A DNA stretch of 50,526 nt from positions 1 through 50,526 of IMG/VR virus record IMGVR_UViG_3300032290_001492; one strand, written 5' to 3'. Every line of letters begins with the position of its first letter. Positions within the stretch are counted from its first letter, which is position 1. Positions 7,901 through 16,606 of the stretch are shown piece after piece. Made by a program: the position numbers and the translations under genes. The notes under the pieces were generated by a model. The model was not told the DNA's origin and did not search any database. It saw nothing but the letters and a program-made list of their open reading frames with translations. The DNA comes from a virus. Lineage: Duplodnaviria; Caudoviricetes.

Positions 7901-9335
7901 AGATGAACTCGACGCGGTTCGCCTGCTGCGCTGCAAGGCGGGTCCAGCCGTCGGTCTCCTTAGCCAGGCGCTGGAAATATGGCGTCGACGACTCAGCGGT
8001 CCGCATCAGCTTGCCGGCCGTGGACACGTTCTCGCCTAGGTCCGCCACCCACTCGGCGGTCCGTTCGACGAAGCCAGGAGACACGCCCGTGGCCCGCTGC
8101 ATCATTTCGTCGCCCAGTTCCGCGGCCTCTTTGCTCTCGCCCAGGGCGCTCACCCGGCGATCACGCAACCAATCGACCGCGGCCTGGGTCTTCCGACCCG
8201 CCGTCGTGGCGGCCTCTCCGGCAAACTGGACCGCGGCGCCGGCAACCTGCTGGGAGACCGGGCGGGTGTTAGTAGCCAGGGCGGCCTCGTCGGCCCGCTT
8301 GGCCAGGTCCTGCTGGATGTTCTCGATGATGGCCTTCTGCTCGGCCATCTTGGCCGCATTCGCCGCGACGGCGTTCGTCTTCTCCAGGCTGTCGGCCATC
8401 GCATCGATCGCGATGCGCTCCTCCTGGAGGGCGGCGATCTTGCGGCCGGCCTCGGTCAGGGCGCCGAAGTTGGGGACCTTGTTGCCTGCCGCGGCGGCCG
8501 CAGCTCGGTAGAACCGGGCCTCCAGGGACCCGGCGTACTTGGTCGTGTTCTCGATCAGGTCCGCCACCTTGTCCGCGCCGACGCTGGCGGCCGCCTTCGC
8601 GGCGTTGCGGGCGCCGGCTGCGGTGACGGTGCGGCCCAGCTTCGCGCCCGCGGCGGCACCGCCGGCAAACGCCAGGTCGCCGACCTCGGCGAGGCCCGCC
8701 GCAGCCTTCATCAGCTCTTCGCGCTGCTCGGGCGCGTAGGCGCTCTGTAGGTCCATGCCACCGACCACGTAGTCGGCGATCATCAGCGCGTCCTCGGTGA
8801 TGTTGCTGATGTCGCGAAGCGTCCGGTCCCGGGCCTGCCGCACGGCGGCCACCTTGCGGCGGTTCTCGGGCGTGTCTTTGTACCCGACCGACATCTTGGT
8901 TCCGACTTCCTTGAACGCGCCCTTGACCGTCTCTCCGATGACGGGGTAGGTGCCGGCAAACATGGCGCCGGCCTGGACGGTCAGAGCGGTCTGCCGGCGG
9001 ATGGAATCCTTGAGGCCCTGGCCGTCGCCGACGATGGCGCTGCCGACGCCAGCCATGAGGTTCTGTCCGGTCATACTGGCGCCCGTGCCCAGATTGCTGA
9101 CCAGTTCGCCGGCTGCCTCGCCCGCCCGCTCCAGGAAACCCGGAGCGTTGGGGTCGCTGGCCTCCGCTTCTAGGACCGCCAGGTAGGCGTCCAGGTTCTC
9201 AGGCGCCAGGATATCCAGTTCGACCGGAGCCGGCTTGGTCAGCTCGGGAGCCAGCACCGCCAACTCTTCATCGGAGACCGGGATCGGGTCAGGACCGAGG
9301 TTGAGCTTCTGCGGGTTTTGGCTTGGTGCGTTCAT
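1965..9335 (-). CDS. Giant DNA-ejection/polyvalent protein (zincin-like peptidase, SH3-like, ART-PolyVal, HhH glycosylase-like, GNAT-like)
   Basis: 2456 aa, third gene of the ejection cluster; HEVTH at 7458-7472; VVD..G.P..VFHG...FDPTQIKSATDNVGTFDP; FKGISFGK...PTVD; GATHLDCF...LYNFFGF. Confidence 0.85.
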   Translation of the reverse strand: MNAPSQNPQKLNLGPDPIPVSDEELAVLAPELTKPAPVELDILAPENLDAYLAVLEAEASDPNAPGFLERAGEAAGELVSNLGTGASMTGQNLMAGVGSAIVGDGQGLKDSIRRQTALTVQAGAMFAGTYPVIGETVKGAFKEVGTKMSVGYKDTPENRRKVAAVRQARDRTLRDISNITEDALMIADYVVGGMDLQSAYAPEQREELMKAAAGLAEVGDLAFAGGAAAGAKLGRTVTAAGARNAAKAAASVGADKVADLIENTTKYAGSLEARFYRAAAAAAGNKVPNFGALTEAGRKIAALQEERIAIDAMADSLEKTNAVAANAAKMAEQKAIIENIQQDLAKRADEAALATNTRPVSQQVAGAAVQFAGEAATTAGRKTQAAVDWLRDRRVSALGESKEAAELGDEMMQRATGVSPGFVERTAEWVADLGENVSTAGKLMRTAESSTPYFQRLAKETDGWTRLAAQQANRVEFISRIGRGVAEATDGAFKGAAVGAVFGTLQGDAAEGAGEGFIGGFFGGGLRTIQLERSASAVRARQIGDIAEARSRRTGMQQRMFDEAPAGVQLAAATFEATNPNLVIDFVRQKGSGGSYVVNPDGTGVATIDLDSKIPLVPLMSHEVTHHIARNPDIAADIRRRFFGDAATNSAGIFTEIKDGSVQFKADFAKFRDEYLQALRAAGKDTTRYEANPELILHEVIAEAGVSSLLAQNVSGEFAGIGALRRNARPLVPIIEQFARSPMVMDSGVLQRMLMATGAVFREDGQFASGTGLFETEMSPEMRKAVRDVVKQYDLMNLSERAGQVQSFSEIETIYSEQELASNPELMDLVSSGFDVDIDPETGKRKFLTAREAKRREQEFIDDLLTALDASPDISPGRVRATLTKDGRTIYTGKYIPADVLETLQAKNKYNPRQLEMLAMITDTLKNKPGAEAHFVYQPGMTRGSRLYKQRAVTNRVETPISILISRTGGILVNTISQEKVMRNLEFFARKGQLNPWAGDVRAARADLLRYIDNTVSGREGADGIGLEKRDALNALFGQLTQVQRERNPVLQGMSEAQGRKLGVVQSRRLDRINQMKILGSAFRADYGRVSENLRPEENSQLEGFGADMASKIRERIRNTPRTDYSPGDVLYTPSGTPVKFISDLLTVAKGKNEGLQRAYVEMRDGSKGEIFVKDLSPEPPKVSRDIGSNVEFAVPPSDEDAREALSSEKKPKYGAARQLEPGTEVGLRIDIPAFQRTGNYVVAVHQKAKGNTVGKIVGYDNIVSVDNPTFMANEAGAKRIRRGESNKFPIATVEGNFNPDREIPKDINEWTAVGFDPLDHSYFYDKRTDEPVVGGKQAVSIGNTVFVKEPVYGDRADYMYRPEQLETPEFKRYFRKSQVVDGYGLPKGVFHGAPTEFTVFDPSKAKYSKWGGIGSWFSEDPSYANSFRGGFDSQGNKTIGPLLEVYLSIQEPAVYEGNKGFEQLIRDYESITGVKTNQGTPETNRKFVDKMKELGFDGIVIKNHTADAAITPEPQTFYVAFDPTQIKSATDNVGTFDPQNPDFNYRPEAKDIDEVAQQLGLEKVGDGAKKFGYFMQQMGAKGITPRDVVKAYLITTSSINRGALSTEKVRGGWSDLAHDEDKLRPEDAFAKLLGTQEGQAFLDAAERGEFDEAAANTMLEKFKPFGLYNTQREYMRNAAENLSKVGEAIVDAVENMPTEEYAEFVRENFKGISFGKVGFMSGMLGRGDLPTVDVRQRKLHYGDQKFNVDKQILLEVRDRLANLGVFLTEDLKPFYQTIVHHAVWDRLEGTDTSHADIKEAMLQFRPDPTQPKSEVEGYTPTKDVQGVAQLTLSDLEGKKVFPILADLTAVGRYQGIDSATVVPVDLYGGPNFPLMSPNKEAGVVWANEGKGIGTRKLNLMRQTDGYAVVVAMTQNTHASNSSTVRAFINTLEAYIKDGRVSQKGIKKADRAIKDLGVELPSVSDPAFNVAVRELSFDARKAVVGQLERAEFEEYGFPPSKRVLDAVRDPEFHGVDYGDALLVLKLDPENTLVKLGEQGTPQHPDYTYGVRGQIVGKFKRPIPSKILFSEFFQNRRAQNSPESSDPRSFSLSMPVAEITGDKAAAASRLESMTATNAQQMRAALSAATGSWASTNLPVNEGGVGVAAFVRALAENKSAPSLTPYTEEMVKAKVKSGDMTVYKLQNADIYFALVNDGDKKVISSVVNNEPGARGVAAPAVLSKAIEQGATHLDCFAVLSAKHPTGFLPELYNFFGFEDDVDSPIGARVNFDRKYFDADWKAVGQNPDIKFADLLRLWQSEGWNPSTPEPQVTFMRLRQEFTDDDSRRQYNRRLLEQNPGRMADRERITRGGESPDAQPNRTGAGAGGAGGNNAGANRGVAGNRRGVSDSIQRSIDSYRAIVRELGELSDQDATTRGLDIEQIRRLREVLSPTKSTSKRRVMLLRDENGAVIGYERQD
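2117..2371 (-). CDS. Nested out-of-frame small protein (candidate immunity protein)
   Basis: 84 aa, helical and acidic; third-position GC about 75% versus about 45% for the host frame over the same bases (hand count). Confidence 0.6.
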   Translation of the reverse strand: MTLDDNTIDACLSRIRAAWPTVSELPEGVRVLTLNQIERVLEREGLEAITPERIEGWREIAEGYLIPFSEASTATGPSSVSSAN

Positions 9336-10800
9336 CCGGGATTCTGAAGACTTTCTTGGTTTTAGGGTCCTGCACCAGGATCGTTCCTGGGGTCGTAGGG
9401 TCCGCTTTCAGTACTTTGTAGTTGCCGCCTTGATACGCCACGGTGTCGGAGGGTGTCGAGGGGCCGTCGGGCGAGATGCGTCGACTGCGGACGGAATCGC
9501 GATTCCAATAACGCGGGTCGACCTCGAGTCCGTTCTGCCGCGCCATAGTCGCCGTCTTGTTGAACAGTGCCTCACTGGAGGCACGATACCCAGCCTTGGC
9601 TCGAGCTCTGAAGAACGGGACCAAGGTCTTTGCGTCCGTCGGGTCTGCGGCAAACTTCTCAAGCATCGCCCACTCCGCCGGGGTCACTGCGCCAGGGCCG
9701 ACGATCGAGATTCGGTTCGTCGACTGGATCAGCTTGGCGAGCACTTCAGCCCGGCCGGCAAGTTCCGGACTAGTGATTTTCTTGGGATCCGCCTCGATCT
9801 CCTTGGCAATGTCTTCCAACTCGTAGATGAGGCCCATCGACGTTTCAGAGGCCGCGGATTCCTCGGCGATCTTGGCGGCAACGATGGCGCTGCGAGCTTT
9901 GCCGGCAAACCCAGGAACAGTCAGCGCGGTGTTGTCCTGCTCGAATTTCTGCTGCTGCATGCGCTGGTCATCAGCGGCGCGCTTGTCGGCCTCCCGCTTG
10001 CGGGCGAATTCGGTCATCGTCTGCACCGCCTTCTGGTACTCGGCCGAGAAGGTCGACCCAGGGACACGCAGGACGCTCTGGACTGCCGGATCCTGGAGGA
10101 TCGCCTCGACCTTGCTTACGTCGCCAGACACTCGGGCCACGTTCAGCAGCGACATCGCTTGTGCCTCCATCTGAGGGTCGGCCTTGCCCGTGGGGACAAA
10201 GAACATTGACGGAGGGGCGCCAGGGACTGGGCCAGGGCGCGTGATGGTCCGCAGCGCCTGCCCCGGGAACATCATCTGCGCCTCGGCCCGATTGGTGGCG
10301 TACTGGTTCGTCGAGATATAGTCCTGCAGCTTGCTGTTCTCGTTGGCGTTGATGAGCGCCTGGGTGCTCGACATCTGCTTACCCAGAATCTCCATCACCT
10401 GCGGATCCTTGGCGAACCGAGCGGCCTGCGTCTCGAGCTGGGTCAACAGCCGGCGTTGTTCAAACGGATCGGTCGTACCTTGAATAACCCGCAACGCCTC
10501 GTCGATATTCGGAGCCACGCGGTTGTACTCGCTGCGGACATCGGCCGCCTCACGCACCGTGCGCTCCGTCTCGCGGAACTTCATCTCCTGCATCGACAGT
10601 TCCGCCCGCATTTTCTGTTGCGTCAGGTCGGTGGTCGCCAGGTCTGCGGCATGTTTCTGTTGCCGCATCTCGAAATCAGTTTCGGCCATCTTGCGACGCT
10701 GCGCCCGCTCCATCAGCGAAGACGCGGCCTCCGCGGACTGAAGGGCGAATGTGGGGAGGGCGAGGCCGGCGTTGCCGGGCTGGAATTCAGCGAATGGCAT
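9289..10800 (-). CDS. Internal virion/ejection protein
   Basis: 503 aa, helical, Q/A/E-rich; lies between pilot-like and giant ejection genes. Confidence 0.7.
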   Translation of the reverse strand: MPFAEFQPGNAGLALPTFALQSAEAASSLMERAQRRKMAETDFEMRQQKHAADLATTDLTQQKMRAELSMQEMKFRETERTVREAADVRSEYNRVAPNIDEALRVIQGTTDPFEQRRLLTQLETQAARFAKDPQVMEILGKQMSSTQALINANENSKLQDYISTNQYATNRAEAQMMFPGQALRTITRPGPVPGAPPSMFFVPTGKADPQMEAQAMSLLNVARVSGDVSKVEAILQDPAVQSVLRVPGSTFSAEYQKAVQTMTEFARKREADKRAADDQRMQQQKFEQDNTALTVPGFAGKARSAIVAAKIAEESAASETSMGLIYELEDIAKEIEADPKKITSPELAGRAEVLAKLIQSTNRISIVGPGAVTPAEWAMLEKFAADPTDAKTLVPFFRARAKAGYRASSEALFNKTATMARQNGLEVDPRYWNRDSVRSRRISPDGPSTPSDTVAYQGGNYKVLKADPTTPGTILVQDPKTKKVFRIPDERTKPKPAEAQPRS

Positions 10801-10803
10801 GGT

Positions 10804-11658
10804 TTAAGGGCCCTTGAACGGAGTCGCGTTAGCCATCGGCTGGTAGTTCTGCAGCAAACCCATGCCCGAGGATCCGGTCTTGGGGGCCGCACCAACTTTG
10901 CCCTGCGCGCCCTGGCCAATACCCGCCGAGGCGAAATTCATGGCGTTCGTCACCGCACCGGCGAGCAGCATTCGGTTGTAGTTGCTCGCAGCAGCCTCGG
11001 CATTGTAGCCGGCCTGCTGCACGTTGTACGCCATCTGGTTGTTCTGCGACTGGGCACTGATGGCGGCATTGGGGTCGACCATCATGGCCATCGGGCTCAT
11101 CGGGTTCACCCGCGGCGTCATCCCGAACACGGTCGACAGCGTGTTGAGCGCCCGCGTGCGGCTGGCGTTCTTCCAGTCCATCAAATTGAACCCGAAATCC
11201 TTGACCAGGCTGAAAGAGTTGAAGTTGCCGGCGGTGCCGCGGGACACGCCCTTCTCAGCCGCGAAGCGGGAGATCTGCTGTTGGACCTCGGGCGGGAGCG
11301 TGTTCTGGCTGTTGAGGTCCTCGTTGACCTGGGCCATCATCCGCCTTTGCGCTGCTCCGAACCCGGGCATCGCCGTCTCCAGCATCCTGCTGGCCTCAGC
11401 CTGGTTGAACGTGTTGGTCTGCGACGAGAGCTGCTGCGCGCTCGCCATGTTCTGCAGGTTGCCGGAGATGGCCTGCTTTTGGGCCTCGACCACGTCGACC
11501 GGCTTGTACTCTGCCTGTTTCGGGGCCTTCTGCTTACCGAGTAGTGAGGAGCCGGCGCCGATGACCCCACCGATCACGGCGCCCCAAGGGCCGCCGATCG
11601 ACGCGCCAGCCATCGCACCCTGGGCAGCTCCTGCGAAAACTCCAGATCCGTTGGCCAT
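10804..11658 (-). CDS. DNA pilot/ejection protein
   Basis: 284 aa; Gly/Ala hydrophobic N-terminus (GAAQGAMAGASIGGPWGAVIGGVIG), Q/N/A-rich body. Confidence 0.75.
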   Translation of the reverse strand: MANGSGVFAGAAQGAMAGASIGGPWGAVIGGVIGAGSSLLGKQKAPKQAEYKPVDVVEAQKQAISGNLQNMASAQQLSSQTNTFNQAEASRMLETAMPGFGAAQRRMMAQVNEDLNSQNTLPPEVQQQISRFAAEKGVSRGTAGNFNSFSLVKDFGFNLMDWKNASRTRALNTLSTVFGMTPRVNPMSPMAMMVDPNAAISAQSQNNQMAYNVQQAGYNAEAAASNYNRMLLAGAVTNAMNFASAGIGQGAQGKVGAAPKTGSSGMGLLQNYQPMANATPFKGP

Positions 11659-11660
11659 GA

Positions 11661-12500
11661 TTAAAAGTCCTTTCGGATGAAGATCAGCGCCCGGTACGGC
11701 GGAGTGATCTTGAACGTGCCGCTGCCCACGGCGGTGAGCGAAGGCATCGCCTTGCCGTCGGCGATGACCTCGGTGCCGTCGATCGAAAGGCTCGCGATGA
11801 ACGAGGCGCTGGCCTCACGAGAACCGCCCTGGGCGCTGCGGCCCTTGGCGCTCCACGCCACAGATTCGACCCCACCGGAAGTCTGGGCCGCGTACGTGTC
11901 GGACGCGCCGACCGGGAAACGTCCGGCCATCGCCGCGTAGACAACCCACCCAGGGTTGCGGGTCAGCGCCTCGTCCTCGTCGTCGGCATCGACCATCTTG
12001 ACGTCGCCGATGGCGCCGTCGGCCGTCGACCAGCCCTGAGACGTGTACCGCAGCAGGCGGGAGATGTCGGTGTCGTAGTACAGCGAGTGGATCGAGGGGG
12101 ACTCGGGCCGCTTGGCCGTAGTCCCGGTGGGCACCAGGTTGGAGGTCCACTGGCTGCCGTCGTACACCTGCAGTCCGCCGTTCACGTCGAAGAACAGCTC
12201 GCCCTTTTTCGGCGCCGTCGGGGTCTCCTCTCCGCTCTGCACGACGAGCGGAACCGCAGTCCACTCGCCGTTGAACACATAGATCCCCAGCGGCCGGCCG
12301 CTCGACGGGTCAAGCCGAAGCCAGGCTCGATTCTGATCTTCTGCAGCAGGGCTCGACGCCGACTTGACGAAGCCCTCCAGGTTCTCGAGGCCAGAGATCG
12401 AGAGGTACGCCGCCACGAAATTCAGCATGGCCTGGGCGCTCGCCGGCGGGAACGGAGCGTCGACCGGGGCGGTGGCGGGCTGGATCGCTAGGTTGGGCAT
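11661..12500 (-). CDS. Tail protein (short fibre/needle with collar-like C-terminus)
   Basis: 279 aa; GTTAKRP..LYYDTD repeat, GRFPVGA and PPYRALIFIRK collar-like motifs. Confidence 0.65.
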   Translation of the reverse strand: MPNLAIQPATAPVDAPFPPASAQAMLNFVAAYLSISGLENLEGFVKSASSPAAEDQNRAWLRLDPSSGRPLGIYVFNGEWTAVPLVVQSGEETPTAPKKGELFFDVNGGLQVYDGSQWTSNLVPTGTTAKRPESPSIHSLYYDTDISRLLRYTSQGWSTADGAIGDVKMVDADDEDEALTRNPGWVVYAAMAGRFPVGASDTYAAQTSGGVESVAWSAKGRSAQGGSREASASFIASLSIDGTEVIADGKAMPSLTAVGSGTFKITPPYRALIFIRKDF

Positions 12501-12513
12501 TGGCGGCTGGCTG

Positions 12514-12554
12514 GTTTTATAGGATCAGGAGGTGCCCGCCAAGGGGCTGACGGG
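12514..12554 (-). promoter_or_regulatory. Late promoter (box CCCGTCAGCCCC, TTGGCG-N17-TAAAAC)
   Basis: Matches shared box and 17-nt spacing; 13 nt before ATG 12500. Confidence 0.55.
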
Positions 12555-14243
12555 GTGGGAATACCAGAAGGTCGGTGACGTGGCCCAGGAGGGGACGGTG
12601 ACGACGTCGGTCTGGCTGTTGGGAGCCTGGTTGTCGGCGTACGGCATCATCGACACCCGCTCCTGGAAGAGCTGGAGGTAATCGAGGCGGGCGAACCCGT
12701 CCCACTCCACGCGGACCTGGAATCCGGAGGCGCAGGACACCAGGCGATTGGTCGACGGGTCGACGTACTCGACCGGGGTCCTGGTGGACAGCAGGCTGCG
12801 ATGTTGCGGCACCACTCGGCCCCACGCCTGCGCGGGAGGGGCATCGACCGCGAACTGGTCCCATTGGACCCAGTGGGGATACTTGTCCGGGCGGAACAGA
12901 ACACGGACAACCAGGCCCGATCGGATGTTCGAGAACTGGACGTCGCACCGGCGCACGTTTTTGAGCACGCCAGGGGAGTCGCCGAACAGCATTCGGGTCT
13001 CGACCACTTGGGTTGGCTCGTCGCCGAGCTGCACCGAATTCTCCGGCAGCACCTCGTAGATCGCGTTGGCCCCGGCCAGGTCGCGGCCTAGGATAAAGCA
13101 CCGTTCGGTCCCGTGGACTCGGCCGGTGAACATCTGAGCGATGATGACGCCGTCCCATTCGCCGTCGTACACCGGAGGAGACTTCTGCCCTCGGCCCGAA
13201 ATGCTGTCGTAATTCAGCGCCAGGATGCCCTGCGAGAGCGACCGCGGTCCGTAGATGAATGGACTGTGCGTGACCAGCAGCCGGTTGTCGAAACAGACCA
13301 CGCTGGCGTCCTGGAGCAGGAATTGGCTGTCGTAGTCGAACCGATGCCGCACCTCGACGGAGAGCGGTGCGAGTCCCGGCGCACTGTAGTCTGCCGTCGA
13401 GGTGCGGATCGATCGGAGCCCGTCAGAGCTCCGAAAATAAAGGTCCTGGTTGACCGCAACCACGGCGTTGCCGCCGGTAATCCCGCGCGTCGGCAGCAGT
13501 ACCGTCTGAAAGCCCACCTCGCTCCAGAGGTCTCGCTCGGTGATCTGAGTCTTGAGAGTGAAGACCGAATCGTCGCAGCCGACTACCAGGGCGCCCTGGC
13601 CGGAGCCGGTGTCGATGACCGGAAGGGACGCCAGAGCCCGGACCTGGGACGGGAAGGTGAAGTCCCCGCCGCCGAGCAGGTTGTATGTCTCGGTGAACTT
13701 GAGCTCGCTCTGGTGCTCGGGCTGCCGGATGTCGCCCAGACGCACGTCCTTGCCGGTGCCGACCACCACCGCCAGCCGGCCGTTGCTGAACGCCATCGCC
13801 CGGCCGACGGGCACCTCCTTGCTTCCGGCCCGGCGGAAGTCGGCGCCGTCGTAGAGGTAAGGCCGCGACTGACCGTCCTGCATGACCAGGGTGCCGGCGG
13901 TCTCGCAGAACCAGACGCGAGGCTGCTTGGACGAATTGCGGTTGGTGTTCGACGTCTTCTCGACCGAGGTCCACTTCCGCGGATCCACCGCGTAGACCCG
14001 GCCGGAGACCGCGACCATCAGTTCCGACGTGACCGGGAACACTGCGGCGCCCTGCATCAGGCCGGCCGGGAGATTCAGCCTCTTGACGATGCGGGGGCGC
14101 GAGGAGACGCGGCCTCCGCGCACAGAGACGTTGCGGAGCAGCGATGCCTGCTGCTCCGGGAGCAGCTCCGGCTCACGGCCGCGGTTCATTCCCTCGGCCA
14201 CGGTGGCCTGGGTGTCTGCCAGCCATGTCTGGACTGCTGGCAT
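12525..14243 (-). CDS. Tail tubular/nozzle (stabilisation) protein
   Basis: 572 aa, beta-rich, follows adaptor gene as in podovirus tails. Confidence 0.7.
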   Translation of the reverse strand: MPAVQTWLADTQATVAEGMNRGREPELLPEQQASLLRNVSVRGGRVSSRPRIVKRLNLPAGLMQGAAVFPVTSELMVAVSGRVYAVDPRKWTSVEKTSNTNRNSSKQPRVWFCETAGTLVMQDGQSRPYLYDGADFRRAGSKEVPVGRAMAFSNGRLAVVVGTGKDVRLGDIRQPEHQSELKFTETYNLLGGGDFTFPSQVRALASLPVIDTGSGQGALVVGCDDSVFTLKTQITERDLWSEVGFQTVLLPTRGITGGNAVVAVNQDLYFRSSDGLRSIRTSTADYSAPGLAPLSVEVRHRFDYDSQFLLQDASVVCFDNRLLVTHSPFIYGPRSLSQGILALNYDSISGRGQKSPPVYDGEWDGVIIAQMFTGRVHGTERCFILGRDLAGANAIYEVLPENSVQLGDEPTQVVETRMLFGDSPGVLKNVRRCDVQFSNIRSGLVVRVLFRPDKYPHWVQWDQFAVDAPPAQAWGRVVPQHRSLLSTRTPVEYVDPSTNRLVSCASGFQVRVEWDGFARLDYLQLFQERVSMMPYADNQAPNSQTDVVTVPSWATSPTFWYSHPVSPLAGTS

Positions 14244-15169
14244 CAGTAGATGTCGCCGCGCTCGCTCATCGCGGAGATCTTGGTGCCAGTCACCGGCAGC
14301 GGGTGGTGGTTGCGGTACTTGGTGCCCTCGTCCCGCAGGATCTGGGCCGCCGCGGCGAACGCCAACTCGCTGGCCTGGATGTCGCCCTTGTCTAGCAGCG
14401 CCACCCCCTTCACGCCCAGGCGAAGCGCGTTGAGGTTGGTGATGAACAGCTCGTCGGTATCCGCGTCGACCTCAAACAGCCGGCGCCGCACGATCGCGTC
14501 GACCATCTTGGTCTGGTCGTCGGCGATGGCGGTGAATCGGTACAGGCGGAACGTCGGATTGACGTCGCGGGCCCGGTAATCAGCGCCCACGACCTCGTTG
14601 CCAAATTTATCGACCAGGGTCAGCACCACGTCGCCGGCGGTCTTGGGCTTAACCACCTGGGTGATGCGCGACCAGGAGGTCTCGGTGGTGGCCTCCGGCA
14701 GGGTCAGGCTCTCGGTCTTCGCCACGCCGTTGGTGTCCAGGCCAAAGACTTTGACCACGCCCGCGTCCGCGCCGTCAGTCGAGGTCACCCGCACCGTTGC
14801 GCCGGAACTCGGCGGGGCGACGTACGTCGGGTGCTCGCCCATGTCCAAGCCGTAGTTGGCCCACTCGTTTTTGATGAAAGGGCCGGGGCCGAACTCCAGG
14901 AATTCAAACCACGGCGGCTGCGTCTCGATCGGCTCCCGCTCGATCGCGGAATGGACGATCGCCTCGTACGCAGTCGGCAGCGCGATGATGCCGCCCCGCT
15001 GGCGGAACTTCACCCGCGCGAATTGGAAGGGCCATTCGCCGAGCGTGCAGAGCCGCTCCTGCACCAGATTGACCGAGAGCTTGACCCTGGCGTCGTCCAC
15101 GATCAGGCCCGTCTGGCCGGCGACCCGGCGCAGCTCATCTTTCACGTCGCCGTAGGTGCGCTTGATCAT
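14243..15169 (-). CDS. Head-tail adaptor (tail tubular protein A-like)
   Basis: 308 aa; TYGDVK..L N-terminus, NLVQERL...EW motif, position in module. Confidence 0.65.
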   Translation of the reverse strand: MIKRTYGDVKDELRRVAGQTGLIVDDARVKLSVNLVQERLCTLGEWPFQFARVKFRQRGGIIALPTAYEAIVHSAIEREPIETQPPWFEFLEFGPGPFIKNEWANYGLDMGEHPTYVAPPSSGATVRVTSTDGADAGVVKVFGLDTNGVAKTESLTLPEATTETSWSRITQVVKPKTAGDVVLTLVDKFGNEVVGADYRARDVNPTFRLYRFTAIADDQTKMVDAIVRRRLFEVDADTDELFITNLNALRLGVKGVALLDKGDIQASELAFAAAAQILRDEGTKYRNHHPLPVTGTKISAMSERGDIY

Positions 15170-15171
15170 GG

Positions 15172-16605
15172 TTACCAGTTGTAGAACGTGACGTCGATTT
15201 CGTACCGGCAGGTCACGGTGGTCGTGACGGTCCCGACGCCGTTTGCAGGTGCGACGAAGAACTCAATCTTCGAGGTGGCCGTCACTCCGCTCAGTTTTCG
15301 GAAGGCCGAGCAGATCGCATCGTTGCCGTCTCGGCTGTACCGGGCAGCCAGCGGAACGTACTGCCCGTTGTTGATCCGACAGTAGAGCAGAATGTCCCCA
15401 TAGTAGCCGATCAGTCGGCCCTGGATCTGCACCGACAGGTTGTTGCCCGAGTCCGGGCTCATGGCGGGCGCACCGTTCAGCCGCCACGACGCATTTCCAG
15501 GTCCGTAAGCAGTGACCGGGTTTGGTTGCGTGAACGTAAAAGCGGTGCCGGCCGCAAACGTGAAGTTGTCGGCGAAGGAGGTGCCAAATTCGGTCGTCCG
15601 GAAATACCGGCCAGCGTAGGCGCCGGTGATGTAAGATGGGTGGAAGATTCCGCCCGCGTACCCGATGTTCACCGACTGGATGTCGCCGGCGGAGATCTTG
15701 CCGGCCGACAGCGTCGAGATCTTTGCGTCAGTGATGGTGCCGTCGCCGATGTTCGCCGCCTGCGTGATGATCTGGTTGGCTCCAACTTTATCGGCGGTCA
15801 CCGAGTTGGCGCCGAGCTTTTGGGCGATGATCGTGCCGTCGACGATCATGGTCTGGCCGTCGATTTGGCCCACAAGGTCGCCGCTAGCGATTGCCTTGGT
15901 CCAGGACCCGCTGACGCGGCGGTACAATTTACCGTCGGTCTGGAGCCAGACAAAATCGCCATCAACGTACCCCGACGTGGGCAGGCTGGTCACCTTGACG
16001 ATCGGTCGGATCCCAGTGCCGAAATCAGAGAGGGCCAACGACCGCTGCGCCACGGTCCACTGCGTGCCGTCCCAGCGGTACATCTTGTACCCATCGTCGG
16101 TGTCGTACCAGATGTCCCCGGTCCGCAGGGCGCCACCAGAGTTGGAGGGTGCAGTGGTAGCGTACCAATTACGGTTGCCGGCGGCGTTGCCGCTCTCGAG
16201 GGCGGTCACGCGATTCCCGATTGAATCAATCTGCGCCGTGTCGGCAGTCATCCTGGCGCCAGGGACGACGCGCTTGCCGGTAGTGATGACCGTGCCGGCG
16301 GCGGCGTTGCCGGTGGCGGTCTGGGCCGTAAGCGAGAGCGAGGTCGCTGAAAGCACCGTCGCCACGACGAAGTGGCCGGCGGTCTCGATGTAGATCGGGA
16401 CGCCCGCAACCACCCAGGACGTGGCGAGCACCGTCACCGTGACCGTGCCGCCTGCGGCCGGCATGACAAACGAGGCGGTCGTCGTGGTCGACGGAGTGAC
16501 GCCGGCCGAACCGTTGGTGCCAGGGTCGCCCTTGTCCCCCTTGGGGCCGCGCGGGCCCGGGATGGTGGAAATTCGAGGGAGGGAACCGAGCGGCAGTTCG
16601 TTCAT
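15172..16605 (-). CDS. Tail fibre/spike protein
   Basis: 477 aa; collagen-like GPRGPKGDKGDPG, GDIWYDTDDGYKMYRWDG, ITDAKI/VTADK repeats. Confidence 0.75.
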   Translation of the reverse strand: MNELPLGSLPRISTIPGPRGPKGDKGDPGTNGSAGVTPSTTTTASFVMPAAGGTVTVTVLATSWVVAGVPIYIETAGHFVVATVLSATSLSLTAQTATGNAAAGTVITTGKRVVPGARMTADTAQIDSIGNRVTALESGNAAGNRNWYATTAPSNSGGALRTGDIWYDTDDGYKMYRWDGTQWTVAQRSLALSDFGTGIRPIVKVTSLPTSGYVDGDFVWLQTDGKLYRRVSGSWTKAIASGDLVGQIDGQTMIVDGTIIAQKLGANSVTADKVGANQIITQAANIGDGTITDAKISTLSAGKISAGDIQSVNIGYAGGIFHPSYITGAYAGRYFRTTEFGTSFADNFTFAAGTAFTFTQPNPVTAYGPGNASWRLNGAPAMSPDSGNNLSVQIQGRLIGYYGDILLYCRINNGQYVPLAARYSRDGNDAICSAFRKLSGVTATSKIEFFVAPANGVGTVTTTVTCRYEIDVTFYNW

Positions 16606-16606
16606 G

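Noticed and set aside
9289-9335. Programmed frameshift fusing the two ejection genes
   Set aside because: 47-nt overlap but no convincing slippery site; the downstream gene has its own ATG
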